A stretch of DNA of 64,000 bases, taken from Nemertoderma westbladi. Its lineage: Eukaryota > Animalia > Xenacoelomorpha. Below are positions 30,001 through 43,356 of the stretch, piece after piece; position 1 is the first letter of the stretch; each line of letters opens with the position of its first letter. A model generated the notes under the pieces. That model had not been told where the DNA came from and made no database searches. It saw nothing but the letters and a program-made list of their open reading frames with translations. Made by a program: the position numbers and the translations under genes. Location of the stretch: contig JAUCBJ010002701.1 in the NCBI GenBank assembly GCA_032718475.1, positions 6,047 through 70,046 on the forward strand. Reading direction: 5' to 3'.

Positions 30001-33000
30001 ATATATTTATATCCATTGCATTGCATCGATTTGATTTATATATAAATGACGTGCATTGTCGTGTTTTGTCTAGCCTTGTTTAACTACCTAGCCTCCTTTA
30101 TTTGGGATGGATATATTTATATCCATTGCATCGATTTGATTTATATATAAATGACGTGCATTGTCGTGTTTTGTCTTGCCTTGTCTAACTGCCTAGCATC
30201 CTTTATTTGGGATGGATATATTTATATCCATTGCATCGATTTGATTTATATATAAATGACGTGCATTGTCGTGTTTTGTCTTGCCTTGTCTAACTGCCTA
30301 GCCTCCTTTATTTGGGATGGATATATTTATATCCAGTGCATCGATTTGATTTATATATAAATGACGTGCATTGTCGTGTTTTGTCTTGCCTTGTCTAACT
30401 GCCTAGCCTCCTTTATTTGGGATGGATATATTTATATCCATTGCATCGATTTGATTTATATATAAATGACGTGCATTGTCGTGTTTTGTCTTGCCTTGTC
30501 TAACTGCCTAGCCTCCTTTATTTGGGATGGATATATTTATATCCATTGCATTGCATCGATTTGATTTATATATAAATGACGTGCATTGTCGTGTTTTGTC
30601 TAGCCTTGTTTAACTACCTAGCCTCCTTTATTTGGGATGGATATATTTATATCCATTGCATCGATTTGATTTATATATAAATGACGTGCATTGTCGTGTT
30701 TTGTCTTGCCTTGTCTAACTGCCTAGCCTCCTTTATTTGGGATGGATATATTTATATCCATTGCATCGATTTGATTTATATATAAATGACTTGCATTGTC
30801 GTGTTTTGTCTTGCCTTGTCTAACTGCCTAGCCTCCTTTATTTGGGATGGATATATTTATATCCATTGCATTGCATCGATTTGATTTATATATAAATGAC
30901 GTGCATTGTCGTGTTTTGTCTTGCCTTGTCTAACTGCCTAGCCTCCTTTATTTGGGATGGATATATTTATATCCATTGCATTGCATCGATTTGATTTATA
31001 TATAAATGACGTGCATTGTCGTGTTTTGTCTAGCCTTGTTTAACTACCTAGCCTCCTTTATTTGGGATGGATATATTTATATCCATTGCATCGATTTGAT
31101 TTATATATAAATGACGTGCATTGTCGTGTTTTGTCTTGCCTTGTCTAACTGCCTAGCCTCCTTTATTTGGGATGGATATATTTATATCCATTGCATCGAT
31201 TTGATTTATATATAAATGACGTGCATTGTCGTGTTTTGTCTTGCCTTGTCTAACTGCCTAGCCTCCTTTATTTGGGATGGATATATTTATATCCAGTGCA
31301 TCGATTTGATTTATATATAAATGACGTGCATTGTCGTGTTTTGTCTTGCCTTGTCTAACTGCCTAGCCTCCTTTATTTGGGATGGATATATTTATATCCA
31401 TTGCATCGATTTGATTTATATATAAATGACGTGCATTGTCGTGTTTTGTCTTGCCTTGTCTAACTGCCTAGCCTCCTTTATTTGGGATGGATATATTTAT
31501 ATCCATTGCATTGCATCGATTTGATTTATATATAAATGACGTGCATTGTCGTGTTTTGTCTAGCCTTGTTTAACTACCTAGCCTCCTTTATTTGGGATGG
31601 ATATATTTATATCCATTGCATCGATTTGATTTATATATAAATGACGTGCATTGTCGTGTTTTGTCTTGCCTTGTCTAACTGCCTAGCCTCCTTTATTTGG
31701 GATGGATATATTTATATCCATTGCATCGATTTGATTTATATATAAATGACTTGCATTGTCGTGTTTTGTCTTGCCTTGTCTAACTGCCTAGCCTCCTTTA
31801 TTTGGGATGGATATATTTATATCCATTGCATCGATTTGATTTATATATAAATGACGTGCATTGTCGTGTTTTGTCTTGCCTTGTCTAACTGCCTAGCCTT
31901 CTTTATTTGGGATGGATATATTTATATCCAGTGCATCGATTTGATTTATATATAAATGACGTGCATTGTCGTGTTTTGTCTTGCCTTGTCTAACTGCCTA
32001 GCCTTCTTTATTTGGGATGGATATATTTATATCCATTGCATCGATTTGATTTATGTATAAATGACGTGCATTGTCGTGTTTTGTCTAGCCTTGTTTAACT
32101 GCCTAGCCTTCTTTATTTGGGATGGATATATTTTTTCCATTGCATCGATTTGATTTATATATAAATGACGTGCATTGTCGTGTTTTGTCTAGCCTTGTTT
32201 AACTGCCTAGCCTCCTTTATTTGGGATGGATATATTTATATCCATTGCATCGATTTGATTTATATATAAATGACGTGCATTGTCGTGTTTTGTCTTGACT
32301 TGTTTAACTGCCTAGCCTTCTTTATTTGGGATGGATATATTTATATCCATTGCATCGATTTGATTTATATATAAATGACGTGCATTGTCGTGTTTTGTCT
32401 TGCCTTGTCTAACTACCTAGCCTCCTTTATTTGGGATGGATATATTTATATCCATTGCATCGATTTGATTTATATATAAATGACGTGCATTGTCATGTTT
32501 TGTCTAGCCTTGTCTAACTGCCTAGCCTCCTTTATTTGGGATGGATATATTTATATCCATTGCATCGATTTGATTTATATATAAATGACGTGCATTGTCG
32601 TGTTTTGTCTTGCCTTGTCTAACTGCCTAGCCTCCTTTATTTGGGATGGATATATTTATATCCATTGCATCGATTTGATTTATATATAAATGACGTGCAT
32701 TGTCGTGTTTTGTCTTGCCTTGTCTAACTGCCTAGCCTTCTTTATTTGGGATGGATATATTTATATCCATTGCATCGATTTGATTTATATATAAATGACG
32801 TGCATTGTCGTGTTTTGTCTTGCCTTGTCTAACTGCCTAGCCTTCTTTATTTGGGATGGATATATTTATATCCATTGCATCGATTTGATTTATGTATAAA
32901 TGACGTGCATTGTCGTGTTTTGTCTAGCCTTGTTTAACTGCCTAGCCTTCTTTATTTGGGATGGATATATTTTTTCCATTGCATCGATTTGATTTATATA

Positions 33001-35081
33001 TAAATGACGTGCATTGTCGTGTTTTGTCTAGCCTTGTTTAACTGCCTAGCCTTCTTTATTTGGGATGGATATATTTTTTCCATTGCATCGATTTGATTTA
33101 TATATAAATGACGTGCATTGTCGTGTTTTGTCTTGCCTTGTCTAACTACCTAGCCTCCTTTATTTGGGATGGATATATTTATATCCATTGCATCGATTTG
33201 ATTTATATATAAATGACGTGCATTGTCGTGTTTTGTCTAGCCTTGTTTAACTGCCTAGCCTCCTTTATTTGGGATGGATATATTTATATCCATTGCATCG
33301 ATTTGATTTATATATAAATGACGTGCATTGTCGTGTTTTGTCTTGCCTTGTCTAATTGCCTAGCCTTCTTTATTTGGGATGGATATATTTATATCCAGTG
33401 CATCGATTTGATTTATATATAAATGACGTGCATTGTCGTGTTTTGTCTTGCCTTGTCTAACTACCTAGCCTCCTTTATTTGGGATGGATATATTTATATC
33501 CAGTGCATCGATTTGATTTATATATAAATGACGTGCATTGTCGTGTTTTGTCTTGCCTTGTTTAACTGCCTAGCCTCCTTTATTTGGGATGGATATATTT
33601 ATATCCATTGCATCGATTTGATTTATATATAAATGACGTGCATTGTCGTGTTTTGTCTTGCCTTGTCTAACTGCCTAGCCTCCTTTATTTGGGATGGATA
33701 TATTTATATCCATTGCATTGCATCGATTTGATTTATATATAAATGACGTGCATTGTCGTGTTTTGTCTAGCCTTGTTTAACTACCTAGCCTCCTTTATTT
33801 GGGATGGATATATTTATATCCATTGCATCGATTTGATTTATATATAAATGACGTGCATTGTCGTGTTTTGTCTTGCCTTGTCTAACTGCCTAGCCTCCTT
33901 TATTTGGGATGGATATATTTATATCCAGTGCATCGATTTGATTTATATATAAATGACTTGCATTGTCGTGTTTTGTCTTGCCTTGTCTAACTACCTAGCC
34001 TCCTTTATTTGGGATGGATATATTTATATCCAGTGCATCGATTTGATTTATATATAAATGACGTGCATTGTCGTGTTTTGTCTTGCCTTGTTTAACTGCC
34101 TAGCCTCCTTTATTTGGGATGGATATATTTATATCCATTGCATCGATTTGATTTATATATAAATGACGTGCATTGTCGTGTTTTGTCTTGCCTTGTCTAA
34201 CTGCCTAGCCTCCTTTATTTGGGATGGATATATTTATATCCATTGCATTGCATCGATTTGATTTATATATAAATGACGTGCATTGTCGTGTTTTGTCTAG
34301 CCTTGTTTAACTACCTAGCCTCCTTTATTTGGGATGGATATATTTATATCCATTGCATCGATTTGATTTATATATAAATGACGTGCATTGTCGTGTTTTG
34401 TCTTGCCTTGTCTAACTGCCTAGCCTCCTTTATTTGGGATGGATATATTTATATCCAGTGCATCGATTTGATTTATATATAAATGACTTGCATTGTCGTG
34501 TTTTGTCTTGCCTTGTCTAACTGCCTAGCCTCCTTTATTTGGGATGGATATATTTATATCCATTGCATCGATTTGATTTATATATAAATGACGTGCATTG
34601 TCGTGTTTTGTCTTGCCTTGTCTAACTGCCTAGCCTTCTTTATTTGGGATGGATATATTTATATCCAGTGCATCGATTTGATTTATATATAAATGACGTG
34701 CATTGTCGTGTTTTGTCTTGCCTTGTCTAACTGCCTAGCCTTCTTTATTTGGGATGGATATATTTATATCCATTGCATCGATTTGATTTATGTATAAATG
34801 ACGTGCATTGTCGTGTTTTGTCTAGCCTTGTTTAACTGCCTAGCCTTCTTTATTTGGGATGGATATATTTTTTCCATTGCATCGATTTGATTTATATATA
34901 AATGACGTGCATTGTCGTGTTTTGTCTAGCCTTGTTTAACTGCCTAGCCTCCTTTATTTGGGATGGATATATTTATATCCATTGCATCGATTTGATTTAT
35001 ATATAAATGACGTGCATTGTCGTGTTTTGTCTTGACTTGTTTAACTGCCTAGCCTTCTTTATTTGGGATGGATATATTTAT
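27060..35081. repeat. 105-bp satellite, right part (~76 copies)
   Basis: Same unit with more variants (TTGCA duplication, TTTTTT variant, CCAGTG variant). Confidence 0.98.
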
Positions 35082-35907
35082 TATTAATAATTTTATTTTT
35101 ATGCATTACTAATAATTATAATTTTGATTAACATATATTTTATGAACTCCGAACTTAACAATTTTATCGCCAGTTATAATAATTTCGGAATGGATATTTT
35201 CCGATGTACTTTTAATTATTATGTGGCTCTGTGCAATTAACATTTATATGGTCTCTCTTGAGATTTTTAATATAGGCGCTAAAGCGCACTGAAACTGAAC
35301 TGAACTGATTGCGTCTGGTTCACCCCCACCACCCCTTGGGATTGTGATTGGTCCACCTCTGTTCTGTTGACGTTGAGTTACTGTTATATAATATTTAGTT
35401 CATTATATTATGTTAATGAGCTATGGTGTAGGCCTTCGCTCCACTGGTCATCTGCAACGATGTTAACAAACTTATAATTAACTCCTCCCTTGTACTACAT
35501 TACTTGCATTAATTATAATGTAAACGAAAACCTGTTTGTCGGATGGGGTGGTGATAGGATTGGTAATGTTCTTTCAAAAAAAAATGAATTTGTTAAATAC
35601 AGTATTAAGCAAGGAAAGATCACGTTTAAGTTGTTTTCCAACTTAAATTCAGTAATGGTACTTAAAAAAAACTCGATAGGTAAGGTGCGGAGATTTTATA
35701 ATAGAGATTCAATACAATTAATTATTTAATTATTAATTAATTAATTAATTTATTATTATATCAAAGTGAGATAATCGTAAGTTCATGTAATGTAGATGTA
35801 GCCTAAGTTATTTATTACAGTTATTTATTACACATTGTTTTAATTCATGTGCATAATAGGCTTGACCAATCCTAAAATTCGGCCCCCAGCCCCCCCCCCC
35901 CCCCCCC

Positions 35908-37938
35908 CACAGTGGGCCAGAAACCCTGTTTTGTGGCCAAAATTAATTTTTTTGAAAAATATTCTTAGTTTGGATACTATTTTTCACCTTTCCGGGTTTT
36001 CGAAGCGGCGAATCTCCAAAATTGGCATATTTGGCAAACAAAATAAACACAGACATAATGGCGCAGATTTCGGTTCTACATGGTTTAACAGGAAGCTAAA
36101 GCGTTAAAAAATGGTTTCAAATTATCTAGTAGCACTGAAGTGCCACTTTATAGCATGTGGCACATGGTACACGTGTTTAGCATGGCACAAAATATCAAAA
36201 TCGCTATAAAGCTTCCTAGAAATGTGCCATTTTCGCTTTATTTAGGTTTTCAAAGGTGCTGATACGATTACAAATGGTTTCGAATTCTCTAGTGGAACAG
36301 AGGTGCCACTTTTTAGCACGTGGCACATTTGTTTAGCATGGCACAAAATATCAAAATTGCTAAAGCTTTATAGAAATGTGCCATTTTCGGTTTATTCAGG
36401 TTTTCAAAGGTGCTGATTCGATTACAAATGGTTTTGAATTCTATAGTGGCACAGAGGTGCCACTCTTTAGCATGTGGCATATTCGTTTACCATGGCACAA
36501 AATATCAAAATTGCTAAAGCTCTATAGAAATGTGCCATTTTCGGTTTATTCAGGTTTTCAAAGGTGCTGATTCGATTACAAATGGTTTTGAATTCTAGAG
36601 TGGCACAGATGTGCCACTCTTTAGCATGTGCCACATTCGTATTCGTATTTTTGACATGTTCAATAAGTGGCACAATTTCCTGCAACCTTTATCATTATTA
36701 ACTTAGATATGAAATTATTAATACGTTCATTAGGTCTATGGTAACTCGATTAAATGCACAATTAGCACAATACTGACTAGGTTAATAATGTAATGGTTTT
36801 GGATTCTATATTATGGATGGCTTTGTCTTGGCCGAGCCCCGCATCGTCCCCGAAACCAAGTCCACGCCAGCTACGTCTACTTCCACGGAGGCACAGCGAA
36901 CTGGACCGGAGGATTTCCTGCAATCTTAGTTAACTGAAGTAAATTTGTAATCCTGTTTACCGTTGATCTAAAACCGTAACACCAAGCACCTCATTTCCCG
37001 CCTGTCTGTTTCTATTTTATCACAATTAAACGGAATTTTTGCTCGTGGGAGAACAACAATGAAATATGTAGACTGCATCAGGTAAGTTTGATTGTTCTTT
37101 GGTTTATACTCCAGTATGATATCCATCAGTCAGTACTGGGGGTTGCAAACCGCACTGTTCGATACTAGCGGTATATATTCCTCATAAACTGCCGACTGAG
37201 GTTTGTGAGGAATAATTTGGGGGAAAAGACGACTAGTACTGTAGTAGTCTCAATTGTTAATAATAACATTATTGACTTATTTTCCAGATTATAATTACAA
37301 AAAACACAGATTATCAAACAAGCACACAATACAGCATTAGGTACACAACACTACAGTAGTTGGTTTGGTATAGGCCTACATATAGCAGATTTGTAGAAAA
37401 TCATACCTGCATACCCAAAAACAATTCAAATTTCCCACTGAAGGCGCAGCTAGGCGCAGCCTTTCCATTTGCTTCAAACAAAACACTACAATAGTGGTAG
37501 AAAGTGATCCCAAGGGTTTTGGGACAGGATATCAGGGGATTGGGATTTGCCGGCTTCCGAAATTTGGAAATTCAATATTTTTACTGTGGTCAAAGCGTTT
37601 ATTTGTCAGCTGAAACCATTCGATTGCTTTCTACAGTATAGAACTTGGTGTTAATGGATAGATCTCATTGTATAGAACATTTTTAAAAAAAAATTCAAAT
37701 TCTGACTAGTAGAAAAATTTTGCTGATTATTTTGTGCATTTTTTTAATGAAAATTTTTGTTCTAGAATATTTCAAAAAAAGTGAAAAATAACGAACTTTA
37801 AAACATTAAAAATTAAATTTTTTCGAATTGTTTTTTTTAATTATATCTTTCAAAATATTGGCAATTAGATATGATATGTGTAAAATAAAAATAAAAAAAT
37901 TTATTTTAGGGTATTTTGGCCACCATTTGCCCACTGTG
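35908..37938. mobile_element. Non-autonomous Transib-like DNA transposon
   Basis: Termini CACAGTGGGC...GCCCACTGTG; a second inverted block GTGGCCAAAAT; flanked by C runs on both sides (compatible with a 5-bp CCCCC TSD); no transposase ORF. Confidence 0.7.
36105..36640. repeat. ~155-bp tandem repeat (~3.5 copies) inside the Transib-like element
   Basis: CAAAATATCAAAA recurs near 36189, 36344 and 36498. Confidence 0.85.
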
Positions 37939-38578
37939 CCCCCCCTCTTGGCCAAAACTTAGATACGCCACTACTAGCCCATGAAGAAATAATAATTAAT
38001 TAAAGGAATTCTGCGTCTGATGGTTTTGTTTCCGCTTTCTACAACATCATCGGAAAAAGCCCCAGTCGCCGTTATAATTGCTAGCAGAAGATTTATATCA
38101 GAAAATTATTCTTCCATTGACTTAAATATATAACGAGCTTAGTGTTCGTGATGTTGCTGTTACTGTATGTCACGGTTGATGTTGCGTCTTAAACAGAGAA
38201 AAATAAGGAATATATATTGTATCCTCCATTTGGCCAAATTCACACGTTCTTGTCTCAATGCAGATTTGGCTCACCCCTCTTCTACTATTTCTGACCAATA
38301 GGCCTAGTGATTTTATTTGTCTTTCAATTGGTTTAGTCACTGGCCAATGAGAGAAATTCTTACTTTACCAAGTTTTCTGTATATTTTACTTGTTTTGTGT
38401 GATTTTATTTCTTTATCACATTGTAAATCCATCTAATCATTATAAACTTTAACTTTATTTTACATTTTCTGACTCTATTTCGTCCGTAGTTTACGATTTA
38501 GGCGCCACACTACCGGTATCTCTACTAATATTTTATGAAGTTAACTGCAGTATTGTTTTTATATTTTCAACTATATTG

Positions 38579-39080
38579 TTAAAGGGGGGGGGGGTGGGTG
38601 GGGGGTCAATTTGGGGGTGCTACCCCCACCCCCAAATTGAACCTCACATTTTTGTGTCTCTGGACCATAAAATTGGGTGAAAATTATTTTTTCTGCTACT
38701 AAACTTCGTCTGGACTGTCTGAGAATAGCTAAACCAAATATTTTTAAAATTGGCTCAAAATGGCTCCGTAATGGCCAAAAGGGCCTTTTTGCGCCAAGGG
38801 CTATTTCTCCACCAATATTTGTTGAAAATTGTCGAAATTTGGAAATAGGTTCAGAAGAACCTTGCATCCAATTCTTCTTAACAAATTTTGCCTCAATTGC
38901 TCTGGAGCCTTTTTAGAACAAAAAGGCCCCAAAAAGGGCTTTTTGTTTGGGCCTTTTTGATATAAAAGGCTTCAGGGCATTTCCAACCAAATTTGTTAAG
39001 AAGAAGTATGGAGAAGGGTAATCTTAACAATTGTACCAAATTTCAACTCATTTCAGTTAAAATTAGCGGAGAAATAGCCT
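38579..39080. mobile_element. MITE-like or DNA-transposon remnant with a long imperfect inverted repeat
   Basis: 38799-38914 (GGCTATTTCTCC...TTCTTCTTAACAAATTT...GCCTTTT) mirrors 38964-39080 (AAAAGGC...AAATTTGTTAAGAAGAA...GGAGAAATAGCC); also a G/C hairpin near 38605-38638. Confidence 0.5.
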
Positions 39081-39176
39081 TTTTCATGAAAAAACGTCAT
39101 TCTGAGATAAAAAGATGTTTAATGTTTAAGGAACAATTTAAGACATCCCGCTATTTTAGATAATACCAATTTTTCT

Positions 39177-39402
39177 ATGTTCAATCTTGTACTTTGGCAG
39201 CCTCATGGAGTGAATAAGCATGGTGGACAGCCCATGACTTTCTTGAGACGCATCTTAAAGGACACTGGCCTTGAAGATGCGGATGATCTAGCAACTGTCA
39301 TGGGTGATAGGGAGTTGTGCCGGCGCAATTTTGCCGACAAGCCGGAACAGCATTTTTTAAAATTCAGCTGCAATGCAGCATGCCGATCCTAGTAGTAGTA
39401 GT
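39177..39402 (+). mobile_element. 3' fragment of an RTE-family LINE
   Basis: LVLWQP..G.P.T....L.DTGL resembles the C-terminus of the adjacent RTE (LLLWQP..GRPAIT..LERDTEL); (TAG)n tail. Confidence 0.7.
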
Positions 39403-39605
39403 GGGATCGAGACCGTGGCCTTCTTAATGAAACCTTATAAAAGTATTTACATATCATTACAATTTTCCATAGAAATGGCTAAATTAATAAATAAATAATA
39501 TCAATAAATAAAAATAAATAAATAAATAATAAATAAAATAAATATATAAATATTAAATGAAATAAATAATTAAATAATAAATGACCAAATTCATTAACCA
39601 AATCA

Positions 39606-42600
39606 TTACTACTACTACTACTAGGTCGAGCGAACTCGGACAGTGGAAATGAGATCCTTCCAGGCTTCCCGATTCTCCATAGTTGTCGCAGTTTCGTTTC
39701 TCCCAAGTTCAGTATCCCTTTCAAGTTGCTCTATATATGTTATGGCCGGTCGTCCACGACTACGCTTTCCATGAGATGGTTGCCAGAGAAGTAGATCTGG
39801 TATGACCTCGTCTTTACTTCGCCAGCAGTGCCCACTGAATCTTAATCTGCGTTCACGGAGGGTGGTTGATACAGGTGGTATTGTACCATAAAGCTCGGCG
39901 TTTGTCATGTGTTGTCTCCAGCTGATGTTTAGGGCTGCCCTTAGTAGTCTTGTGTAGCAACCATCATTTCGTTGTTCAAGTGATTTAGTCAGTGTCCAGG
40001 TCTCACCCCCGTATAAAAATACACTTTCCACTGTGGCTCGAAAGAACTTAGTCTTCAGGTGCCTGGAGAGATCTGATTTCCAGATGGTATCCATTTTTGA
40101 TAGAGCTACCCAAGCCTTTGCTTTCCTAACTTCTATGTCCTTTTTGCTACTCTCTACCAATGATCCTAGGTACTAGAAGTCGTCAACCTTCCTTAGTTGA
40201 TTATTATCAATGGTTGTCAAGTTTCCATGAACATTAAAAGTCATGAATTCGGTCTTTGTAGCATTTATATGCAATCCAACCTCCTTAGCAGCCCTCTCCA
40301 CTTTATTTAGTAGGAGCTGTGCATCTGCTAGTGTATTAGAGAGCAGGGCGATGTCATCCGCAAAGTCTGTGTCTGTGACTGTAGTTGCCGGATATCTACT
40401 ACTTCTGCGTTCTTGAAGTGTGAATCCCAGGTCTTCACCCTTTGTGGCCGTCCTCATTGCGTAATCCAGCACAATTACAAATAGTAATGGTGCTAATGTG
40501 TCACCTTGCAGTACGCCAGCCAGGATTGAGAAAAACTCAGTTTCACCATCTGGTGAGAGTACCTGCGCTTCTGTGTCACAATATAACAATCCAATGCCAG
40601 CAACAATTACTTCTGGTATTCCATAAGCTCTTAGGATTTCAAGCATTTTACCTCTATGGATGGAGTCGAATGCCTTCTTGAAGTCCACAAAAGTCATGAC
40701 TGCGGGGAGATTCTTTGACTTAATTCCTTCAATCAGTCTCCGTAGTGCAAGTATCTGAGCTATTGTTGATCTACTTGGTCGAAATCCGTTTTGGCTCTTA
40801 CGCAGTAGTTTCTCTATGTGAGGCCTAATCCTATATAGAATCATTGTATATTTTGGCAGCAACCACAAGCAGACAGATCCCATGATAGTTTGTTGATATG
40901 CCGAGGTCTCCTTTCTTGGGGAGAGGCTTTAGTTGAAGTTCCCAAATTGGTGGTGGCTTTTCCCCTTTTAACATCCGGTTGCAAACATTCAATAATGGTC
41001 TGCTTAGCACTCCGGTTTTCCATACCTCCGCTGGGATTTCATCTAATCCACTCGCTTTATTATTGGACATGCTTTTAATGCTTCTTTGGAGTTCGGCAGG
41101 TGTGAAGTCCCCTGTTTCTATAGGTAGTGTCTTGTCATATATTTTCCTTGTAGGGCTGACCTCGATGTTTGGTGGCTGCCCAAGCAAGTTGCTGAAGTGA
41201 TTTTTCCACTTCCCAACACGTTCTTCAGGACTATCGGCTTTGAGGCGCCCCTTTGCACAACTTTTCCGACCAGATACTTCATTTACAGTTTGCCAGGTAA
41301 GTCTTGATTGTTGCTGTATGTGAGCAGTTGTAATTGCTAATTTGCTTGCTTGTCCTGGGTTTGCTGGCTCTCAAACTGAGTCTGATCTCTGCAGTCACAA
41401 TTCTGTGGTCCGAACCAATTAGGCTGAACGAGCTGTATGCCTCGCAGTTGATCATGCTGTTTCTCCACTTTTTGTTTATAAGGATGTAATCCAATTGCGA
41501 TTTGGTTCCATTGGGGTATTGAAAGGTCTATAGCTTCCCCTTACTCTTTTCGAATGTGTTGTTTGTTGGTATCAATTCACATTCTTCCATTTGGTCTAAA
41601 AGTAAGTACCCATTTCTGTTAGAACTGGTGTTATAGGTGAAACCCTTGATGTCTTCTGGGCCAATTTGCGCATTCAGGTCACCAGCAATGACTTTAACAT
41701 TGTGTTTCGGAATGTCCTTTATAAGTCCAGTCAGTTCTTCATAAAACTTGACTGCTTGTTCTGGCTCTGAGGCATTGGTTGGACTGTAGCAACATATAAC
41801 TGTTGCCTTGGGATTCCCATCAAATGTTGCGATCATAAGCCTGGAATTTATAGATTCGATGTTGTTAAGGGTTTTAAGTGCAAATGGGTTTAGCAGAATT
41901 CCTACTCCAACAATTGATGCATTGGCCGAGTTTCTTACTGCTGAGCTTGTTACTAACGTCCATCCATTTCCAGTGTCTTGCATGACAAATCCGATGTTCT
42001 TGGATGCAGATGATGTCGATGTTATATTCCATTGCCAGAGCGACCATGTCACCCTGTTTGGTATGTGCTTTCAGCGTGCGTGCGTTCATTGTAGCAATCT
42101 TTAGTGTCTTTTTACATTTCAACAGGTTGGTTCTTCTTTCTTCTCTGTCTTCTGTTCCAGTAGCCAATTTATCGACCCCAGCCTGGTGTACCACTGAGGG
42201 ACGCGGTTGTTGACCCGGGCGACGACCGAGCCGGTATTTCTCCTGGAGGGTTCTCATACTCATATCTTTCAGTTGCGGGAGTAAACCGCTTGTGGTCGCA
42301 ACTCCTACAAGCGTCTTCGCAGTAGGTCGCCGTTGGTTGATTACCTTCCGCCACCTTGTCAGCATGTCTAACCGTAGGTTGATTACCTTCCGCCTATCCA
42401 TGGCCTACAGCCCTGCTGCCGACTGTAGGGGTCCATTTGTTACACCCTGAACCAAGTGTGCCTCCTGGGTTAGGTTAGCTAACTCTGGTAGAGGAGCATC
42501 CAGTATAGACAGGGCGGGGCGTGTATCATCTCTAATGCAGATGCGTATCAAGCCTTTGCCTTCAATGGTGCCCTAGGCGCTATAGCCCTCAATGACTTAT

Positions 42601-42740
42601 TTAGTTGACGGGGCTAAACCAACCCACTCTTGATCAACTAAATAATGAATTGCTTATCGGGCCTGCCCTACTGGGCTGACAGCTACAGGTAGTACCACAT
42701 TACTGCCATAGTGGAAGCAGGATCTGTGGACCTGACCTGA
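39606..42740 (-). mobile_element. Near full-length RTE-clade LINE, decayed
   Basis: APE motifs (IATMNARTL, CIQEHR, YSPTN, GDLNA, DYIL, SDH); RT motifs (QNGFR, FVDFKKAFDS, QGDTLAP, FADD); C-terminal RRLRFSGH/GRP; (TAG)n tail; several stops and frameshifts. The 5' boundary is approximate. Confidence 0.9.
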
Positions 42741-43356
42741 CCATTCAAATATATAATAATTTAATTAAATAAATAAAAATTATAAATGAAATAAATTAAT
42801 AAATAATAATTGAAATAAATAAATAAATAATAATTGATATAAATAAATAAATAAATAAATAAAATGAATAAATAAATAATTGAAATAAAGATATAAAATA
42901 TGTTGTAGTTATCTTCATTAATCATATTTTGTTGTCTTTTTCCAACATTATAATTTGTTTGACGTTTGAATTGAATTTTAGGGTACCTGTTTCTGATAAA
43001 AAGTAAAAAAAAAATAATTTTTTTAACTGATTCTGGATCACCATTTAATCGCGATTTCACAACTAAAATCGAAATTGCAAGATCTCTTTTAGTACTCGAG
43101 TTATAGCTGATGCCTGTCTGTCAAAATCCGACAAAATTAATAATCCCACGCATTGTACAGTTTTCGCTATAAGATTTTGAAGTGAAATTTCATTTCTAAT
43201 GTATGTTTAAATGTACATAATAGTAAAATTTATTAGAGACTTACTGAACTATTAGTTTACATTACTCAGTATTCAATAATGAATTGAGTCCAGTAAAAGT
43301 TTTATTTTATACTTTTGGAATTTGAACTTTAATGAAGGAGCAGAATAATTGATATC

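Larger units (their letters stand above)
4414..35305 (+). mobile_element. Short non-LTR-type insertion (3' fragment) that hosts the whole 105-bp satellite
   Basis: Identical 14-bp direct repeats TGATTGCGTCTGGT at 4400-4413 and 35306-35319, with a (CTGAA)n-like tail just before the second; C-rich flanks continue on both sides. Confidence 0.65.

Noticed and set aside
4449-35081. Regular repeats as a CRISPR array
   Set aside because: Head-to-tail monomers with no unique spacers, no cas genes, and a eukaryotic context.
42400-42740. HDV-like ribozyme at the RTE 5' end
   Set aside because: Known in some RTE elements, but I could not build the nested double pseudoknot by eye; it needs a structure-based search.
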